A DNA stretch of 64,000 bases, taken from assembly GCA_051294905.1 (NCBI GenBank), contig CM119371.1, forward strand, positions 24,554,001-24,618,000, written 5' to 3'. Position numbers and translations under genes: made by a program. The stretch comes from Botryllus schlosseri (taxonomy: Eukaryota). The stretch's first letter is position 1; each line of letters opens with the position of its first letter. The notes beneath the pieces are model-generated. The model made no database searches and was not told the DNA's origin. It was given only the letters and a program-made list of their open reading frames with translations. This document shows, one piece after another, positions 62,422 to 64,000 of the stretch.

Positions 62422-64000
62422 CAGTGCTTTTCAACCTTTTTGAGCTTCATTCGCACTTTTTTTGTAAAATAAATTTCATTCGCACAAACTAACCGAATAT
62501 TGATATACAAAAAGAAGTTTAAAATACAACATTTATTTGCTCAGATGTGCAACAAATTGGCTACTATGTATCTTTAGCTTTCAAGTGTCTCATGAAAAAT
62601 TATACTTTTTTCGCTTGTTTTGATTTCAGCTATTTCACTTCAACCCTTATATACTAGTTAACTAGTGCTTGGATGGTCAGGTATTAAAGCAGGGGTCACC
62701 AACACTCGGCCCGCGGGTCGCATGAGGCCCGCGATGTCATATTTCGCGGCCCGGGATCTGTTTTCAGAAGAACGCCCAGTACTGAAATTCATGTCTGTTT
62801 AAAAATATTGTCGACGTTGTTCAAAATGTGCTATTCTCCCTTTAGAAACGCGAAACCCCCTTCTTAAACTTGAAACCCCCTCCTTTTGAAATGGCCCTTC
62901 AGGCCCTAATACTCGGTTGCAATTCACCAGGGCCGTAACAGCACCTCGTCAGGCCCTTAAAAAACTTTGGTCTTGGGCCCCCATAGGGTTATAGACCGAA
63001 CTTCTGCGAGGCTTCGCCCCCCAGACCCCCCTCCGGCGATACACTGTTTACCGCTATTTATCATATCCATTGGGAGTTTGTTTAGTGAATCAGCTCTTGT
63101 CGCCTAAGCGCGCGAAGCGCGGGAAATTTTTAGAATTCATGATTGAATCGGTCAGTATGATCGGGAATTGCATATATTGTTATCGGTTTTTATCTTCTCT
63201 CTGCTCACGTAATCAGATTTGCCGGTAGAGCTGAGTGAAGTGTCTTGAAAACGGGAGGGCCCGTAAATAATAATTAAACATCTTCGGGCGGGCGGACCCG
63301 TTGATATGACTTCGTTACATGATGTTATTTCGTGACTTCCAGTCTGCTATATCAACAAATATAGAATCGCCCAAACGTAGGCTTCTAAACTAAGAGACGC
63401 ACAATCGCATCTGCAATAGGCCTAGTATACGAAAGATATCGCTAGCCTAACTATACCGCGTCTTGGGCCTACCATACTTTGGCCGGGCTACGTAAGACGC
63501 ATTGGTCAGCGCGCGTATTTTATTGTTCGATGCCTTGATAAGCGCAGGTATTCAATTGTTCACGACAGATCAGGGAGTCGCTAATTAACAGCTCTTTCGG
63601 ACTCGTCGACAAGCTTATCATACGCGTATAATCGTCAACACGAGGATGTTGTATAATCGTTATTTACGTATCTACTTAACCCTAATGAATTGATGCTATA
63701 TTACCAGGGCCGTAACTGCCGCACCCCAAACCCAATTTATGCAATATTTTCAAAAATATTTCGCGCTAGGCGCAGTTTCAAGTCGCCAAATATCTTGATT
63801 ATTGGGTGCTCTTCCTCAAAGAAAAAATACGCAAGATTTATAGAAATGGGTATATCGGCGTTGGCCATTACCGCGGCACGAAGCACAAAGACATATAACG
63901 TTTTAGGCCATGAAACATGCGACTCCAAGAGGAAAAAATATATGCCAGTGAAGAAATACCAATCCGAAACCATGTGATCTTTCAGTCTAGTACGTTTGAG
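62422..64000. mobile_element. Second CAGTGCTTTTCAACC element (composite), runs off window end
   Basis: First ~70 bp identical to 52811, then diverged; inserted after ATCTAACG where arm symmetry stops. Confidence 0.85.

Overview
Eukaryotic (animal-like, AT-rich) DNA made almost entirely of nested transposable elements; I can support no host gene. From 1 to 24 kb, two defective Mag-type Ty3/Gypsy LTR retrotransposons (tRNA-Leu PBS) each sit in a decayed RNase-H-bearing I-group LINE, and a young CR1/L2-group LINE splits the first Gypsy RT. Throughout the window are about 15 TIR insertions with 8-bp TSDs (hAT-type, mostly non-autonomous, often nested) and a probable Kolobok remnant. From 42.7 to 62.4 kb lies a giant, near-perfect non-coding palindrome: arms of at least ~6.2 kb, a 46-bp spacer with telomere-like TTAGG/TAGGGTTAGG motifs, and private composite hAT insertions in each arm. 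Other highlights are a hAT MITE carrying a ~280-bp 28S rRNA fragment, a duplicated PBS containing a whole reverse-copied tRNA-Leu T-arm, and a hAT-like transposase remnant resembling families I recall mainly from oomycetes and fungi. Coordinates and identities were read by eye; family calls rest on remembered motifs, not database searches.
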